The notes beneath the pieces are model-generated. The model was not told the origin of the DNA and did no database searches. It saw only the letters and a list, made by a program, of their open reading frames with translations. Below are positions 18,872 to 21,318 of a stretch of DNA of 21,318 nucleotides, one piece after another. Location of the stretch: assembly GCA_009602735.1 (NCBI GenBank), contig WELA01003449.1, positions 180,948 through 202,265 on the forward strand, read 5' to 3'. Source of the DNA: Mesotaenium endlicherianum. Taxonomy: Eukaryota. Numbering within the stretch: position 1 is the stretch's first letter; each line of letters starts with the position of its first letter. A program made the position numbers and the translations under genes.

Positions 18872-19570
18872 TGCGCGGGTGTGTGTGTTTGCGTATGTGT
18901 GTGTGTGTTGGGTTTGTGGCCCGCTTCTGGTGTTGTGCACCCTCGTCTTGGGGGCCTGCCGTGCCTTTTAGGCCTACCTCAACAGTGCCTCTCTTGTTGG
19001 ATTCCTCCCCTGCTGTCAATATGATTTTTTGCTCTGCTCACTCATCACCTATGCCTCCGCAATGCTCCGTACAGGCTTCCACGTGCAGGCGAGTTTGTGT
19101 TAAGTCTATTGGCTACTGGATGCGTTTGCACATGCACGTGTGTGTGTGTGTGCGCGCGCGCGCACGCGTGCGGGTAGGGCCGTGCGGGGTGGTGTGGACA
19201 GCACAGATGGCAGTTTGGAGGTGCTGTCCTGTTGGCCTCCTCTTTTGCGACACTCTTGCGCAAGAGCACCAGTGGGTGCCGACAGCGCCTGCATGGACTG
19301 CCTGGATGTGGGGCGGCCTTCTCCCTCTCGGTGCCTTCCTTCGTGTGTGTCAAAACTTGGTGCCTGTTTTTTGCATCTGCCTACTAACTCTACTCCAGCT
19401 CTGCCCTCCTTCCGGTGCAGAACCCCCCCGCAGCCGGCAAACTAACATCGTGATCCCTGGTGATGTTGGTGTCACGTGCACGACAGGTGTACGCTGTGGA
19501 TTGGAGCCCGGACGGCGAGAAGGTTGCCTCGGGCGGGAAGGACCGCGTCATGAAGCTGTGGATGAGCTAG
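6709..19570 (+). CDS. NLE1: Notchless protein homolog (NLE1/Rsa4), 60S ribosome assembly factor with N-terminal NLE (ubiquitin-like/MIDO) domain and WD40 repeats; join(6709-6834,8882-8963,9889-9978,11108-11233,12132-12259,12952-13151,14219-14282,14712-14822,15485-15622,[gap exon],18109-18163,18728-18784,19487-19570)
   Basis: Manually spliced exons have GT-AG boundaries and compatible phases. They encode family hallmark peptides: [98 protein letters not shown]. Recognised from knowledge of plant, animal and yeast Notchless. Confidence 0.97.
8882..8963 (+). CDS. NLE1: NLE1 coding exon 2 ([15 protein letters not shown]...LLKHN)
   Basis: Acceptor cag ending 8881; branch-like ctgac at 8829; donor gtgagc at 8964, phase 1. 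Confidence 0.93.
8973..9105 (+). repeat. Degenerate (GTCAAA)n tandem array at the start of NLE1 intron 2
   Basis: Many gtcaaa/agtcaa units, interrupted by short variants. Confidence 0.9.
9570..9617. repeat. (TG)n microsatellite, intron 2
   Basis: Directly visible. Confidence 0.95.
9889..9978 (+). CDS. NLE1: NLE1 coding exon 3 ([30 protein letters not shown])
   Basis: Acceptor cag ending 9888; G+TG restores Val; donor gtgcgt at 9979. Confidence 0.95.
10514..10728 (+). repeat. 19-20 bp minisatellite (GGA...GCRYGTCYCYTGT), ~8 clear and ~2 degenerate copies, intron 3
   Basis: Units: ggaagccgcgtgtctcctgc / ggagactgcacgccccttgt / ggaaatcgcatgtctcctgt / ggaaccgcacgtcccttgt / ggaattgcgcgtctcctgt / ggaggctgcacgtccctcgt. 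Confidence 0.88.
11108..11233 (+). CDS. NLE1: NLE1 coding exon 4, first WD40 repeat ([31 protein letters not shown]...)
   Basis: Pyrimidine tract then gcag ending 11107; donor gtaccc at 11234; canonical WD40 peptide. Confidence 0.96.
11563..11621. repeat. Interrupted (TG)n microsatellite, intron 4
   Basis: Directly visible. Confidence 0.9.
12132..12259 (+). CDS. NLE1: NLE1 coding exon 5 ([15 protein letters not shown]...SGFALK)
   Basis: Acceptor gcag ending 12131; donor gtacag at 12260. Confidence 0.96.
12263..12426 (+). repeat. 11-bp (CAGTCAGCGCA)n degenerate tandem array at the start of intron 5
   Basis: cagtcagcgcacagtcagcgcacagtcagc in two blocks. Confidence 0.88.
12952..13151 (+). CDS. 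NLE1: NLE1 coding exon 6 ([13 protein letters not shown]...[11 protein letters not shown])
   Basis: Acceptor gcag ending 12951; donor gtgggc at 13152, phase 2, matching exon 7. Confidence 0.96.
13998..14190. repeat. (TG)n/(TGCG)n compound microsatellite before exon 7; pure TG core at 14071-14114
   Basis: Directly visible. Confidence 0.92.
14219..14282 (+). CDS. NLE1: NLE1 coding exon 7 ([21 protein letters not shown])
   Basis: Acceptor gcag ending 14218; donor gtaggt at 14283. Confidence 0.95.
14712..14822 (+). CDS. NLE1: NLE1 coding exon 8 ([26 protein letters not shown]...IMQ)
   Basis: Acceptor gcag ending 14711; donor gtgcgc at 14823. Confidence 0.95.
15485..15622 (+). CDS. NLE1: NLE1 coding exon 9 (AAKVRYE...[16 protein letters not shown]...MTGHQQ)
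   Basis: Acceptor ccag ending 15484 (an in-frame gag alternative ends at 15475); donor gtgtgt at 15623. Confidence 0.93.
16952..17339. other. Assembly gap (388 N) that probably contains the missing NLE1 exon(s)
   Basis: Only unsequenced stretch between exon 9 and the 18109 exon; preceded by a long pyrimidine tract. Confidence 0.8.
18109..18163 (+). CDS. NLE1: NLE1 coding exon after the gap ([18 protein letters not shown])
   Basis: Tandem acceptor aagcag ending 18108; donor gtacgc at 18164. Confidence 0.93.
18728..18784 (+). CDS. NLE1: NLE1 penultimate exon ([19 protein letters not shown]), not in the ORF track
   Basis: Acceptor gcag ending 18727; 19 codons; donor gtgcgt at 18785. Confidence 0.95.
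18797..18877. repeat. (CG)n(TG)n perfectly alternating purine-pyrimidine tract
   Basis: Directly visible, 12 nt after the donor of the penultimate exon. Confidence 0.93.
19487..19570 (+). CDS. NLE1: NLE1 last coding exon ([27 protein letters not shown])
   Basis: Canonical branch point actaac at 19441-19446; acceptor acag ending 19486; TAG at 19568-19570. Confidence 0.96.
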   Translation: MYAVDWSPDGEKVASGGKDRVMKLWMS

Positions 19571-20510
19571 CCCGTTCGCTGCCGTCCTTGATCTGCGGTG
19601 GAGGTGCAGGTGGAGGTCGAGTTGCGTATTACAGATGCATAGTTGGGGCATGAGGTGATGCCCCTCTTGTGGAGCACGCGTGTTGTGCTCCTGCATACTC
19701 ACTATCCCTTCTTGATATCTCTATTCTTTCATGGTATCTCTAATGTGTCTCGTCTCTTTCATATCATGCTATATGCATACACAAATCATCAGAAGCATGT
19801 GGTGGTGACGTGCATCCTCATGGATGTGTTTGTGCGCTGCACGCATGCGTGTGTGGCTTTGGAGCCTGGTACATCAGTAAATGACGTGCACGCTTAAAGG
19901 ATTGCGAGGTGTTACGATAGTGTTAAGATAGTGTTAATATGCCTTAGAGTTGTTCAACCAAAAAATAAATCAAGCTGAGTCGAGCTTTGTCTCCACATGT
20001 GGCATGATATGCATGTCCAACAAAGGGAAGTGTTATTTCTTAAGGGGAAAGAAATAGAAAGTGCTGACCTGCCTCCCTTCTCTGAGTCAAATTTGATAAG
20101 CAGAGCAGCCCCTTCACTATAATTCCGGAAAAACTCACCAACGGGGCGAGCATATCTGCGACAGGGTAAACCAGCACAAGCGTAGTCGTTGACAAGTGCG
20201 TGCGATACTCTGAACACACGAGGGCGACGACAGATGTCCAGCTGTACATGTGGGCCATCGATCCATATCCCTGAGCTAGCAGGGAGGACTACTGCTAGCT
20301 TTCCTATCCTATGATGGCACAGCAGGCAGAATACGGTACCCAACTGCCCGAGGCAAAGAGCTCTACGCGTGCACTTGCCTCGTGCACCCCTCCTGAATAT
20401 ATAGTAGTAAAAAAAGTTAGTGTCCATTCTAACGAGCAAGGAAAGCGGCCAGCGAGCGGCAGCAGCAGGCAGGGAAGCACGCAGCTTTCAGCGCTGATTC
20501 TTAAGATCAA

Positions 20511-20520
20511 CTCTCTCTCT

Positions 20521-20576
<56 letters not shown>

Positions 20577-20577
20577 N

Positions 20578-20638
<61 letters not shown>
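20511..20638. repeat. (CT)n microsatellite
   Basis: Directly visible. Confidence 0.95.
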
Positions 20639-20646
<8 letters not shown>

Positions 20647-20766
20647 CCCCATCTCTTGACCGTGCTGCCCACTCCCCAGGGTGGCGGCCACTCCCAAACT
20701 GACGGCAGCTGGCACCAGCTGGCGCCGGCAATACCCGCCTATCCCTCAAAGCTCATCGTCCGTCCT

Positions 20767-20900
20767 TCAGAGCTCGTGCTGTCTCCAGCCGGCGTCTCCC
20801 TCAGCCTGCATGTTGCCATCGTCTTGGATGCCCCCAGTATCGCGAGCCGCGGAGCGCACATTGCCAATCGCGGATGTTACAGCGGGCCCTGTCTCGCCTG
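20767..20900 (-). CDS. Probable terminal coding exon of a convergent gene ending ...DAGWRQHEL* (KDEL/HDEL-like C-terminus)
   Basis: Minus-strand branch-like tactgag, then tgggctgcag|cag acceptor; open 44-codon frame to TGA at 20769-20767. Upstream exons were not identified. Confidence 0.4.
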
Positions 20901-21318
20901 CTGCAGCCCACATGCAAAGAGCTCAGTAAGATAGGGTGCTGTGTACGTTTGTGAGTGAGTGAAATCGAAACCTCACAGCTGCTGCGACTGCGGGAAAGCA
21001 TTCCTCAAAGGAGCCGCCGATCGTCGCCCTCTCTGTCACGCGCACGCGCCCACACAGACGCGAACACGCTGCCTCACGCTGACAGAAGCTGGACTTGAGA
21101 TAAGAACGCCTCATTCCTGAAAAAAGTGGGTGAGATGATAATAACCAAATAGGACCAAGGACACGCGTCTGACACGAAGCAAAGGTCCGTCTGCCTTGAT
21201 TGCAAATACGCCCTGAGCTCTCAGCGCCACTTCAACAGAAACACAGGGGAGGACTGAAGATCCCAGCGGTCAAGGTGCATATGCGAGAAGAGAAGACCGA
21301 GGGGTGAAAAGGGGGGGG

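Noticed and set aside
20311..20934. 207-aa plus-strand ORF, or a plus-strand exon between ccccag (~20678) and gtaaga (~20926)
   Set aside because: It runs through (CT)n and has no recognisable product. The minus-strand QHEL-ending exon seems more plausible, although this reading is not strictly excluded.

Overview
Eukaryotic nuclear DNA with long, microsatellite-rich spliceosomal introns, four multi-base assembly gaps and TGTAA-type poly(A) signals. This fits a chlorophyte green alga (Dunaliella-like by style; inference only). The main feature is a plus-strand Notchless/Rsa4 (NLE1) gene from 6709 to 19570. Twelve coding exons join in frame through GT-AG sites, and one conserved ~47-aa block is missing, most likely hidden in the N gap at 16952-17339. 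Head-to-head with it on the minus strand is a two-exon gene (5104-4880 + 3944-3489, ~226 aa) for a small multi-pass membrane protein. Its spliced core resembles a bacterial DUF4149/TMEM205-like family, making it the best candidate for something undescribed. A probable last exon of a convergent minus-strand gene ending in ...QHEL* lies at 20900-20767. The first ~3.4 kb could not be resolved into a gene. Most ORFs in the supplied track are artefacts of repeats, gaps or antisense reading. No RNA gene, CRISPR array or intact mobile element is supported.
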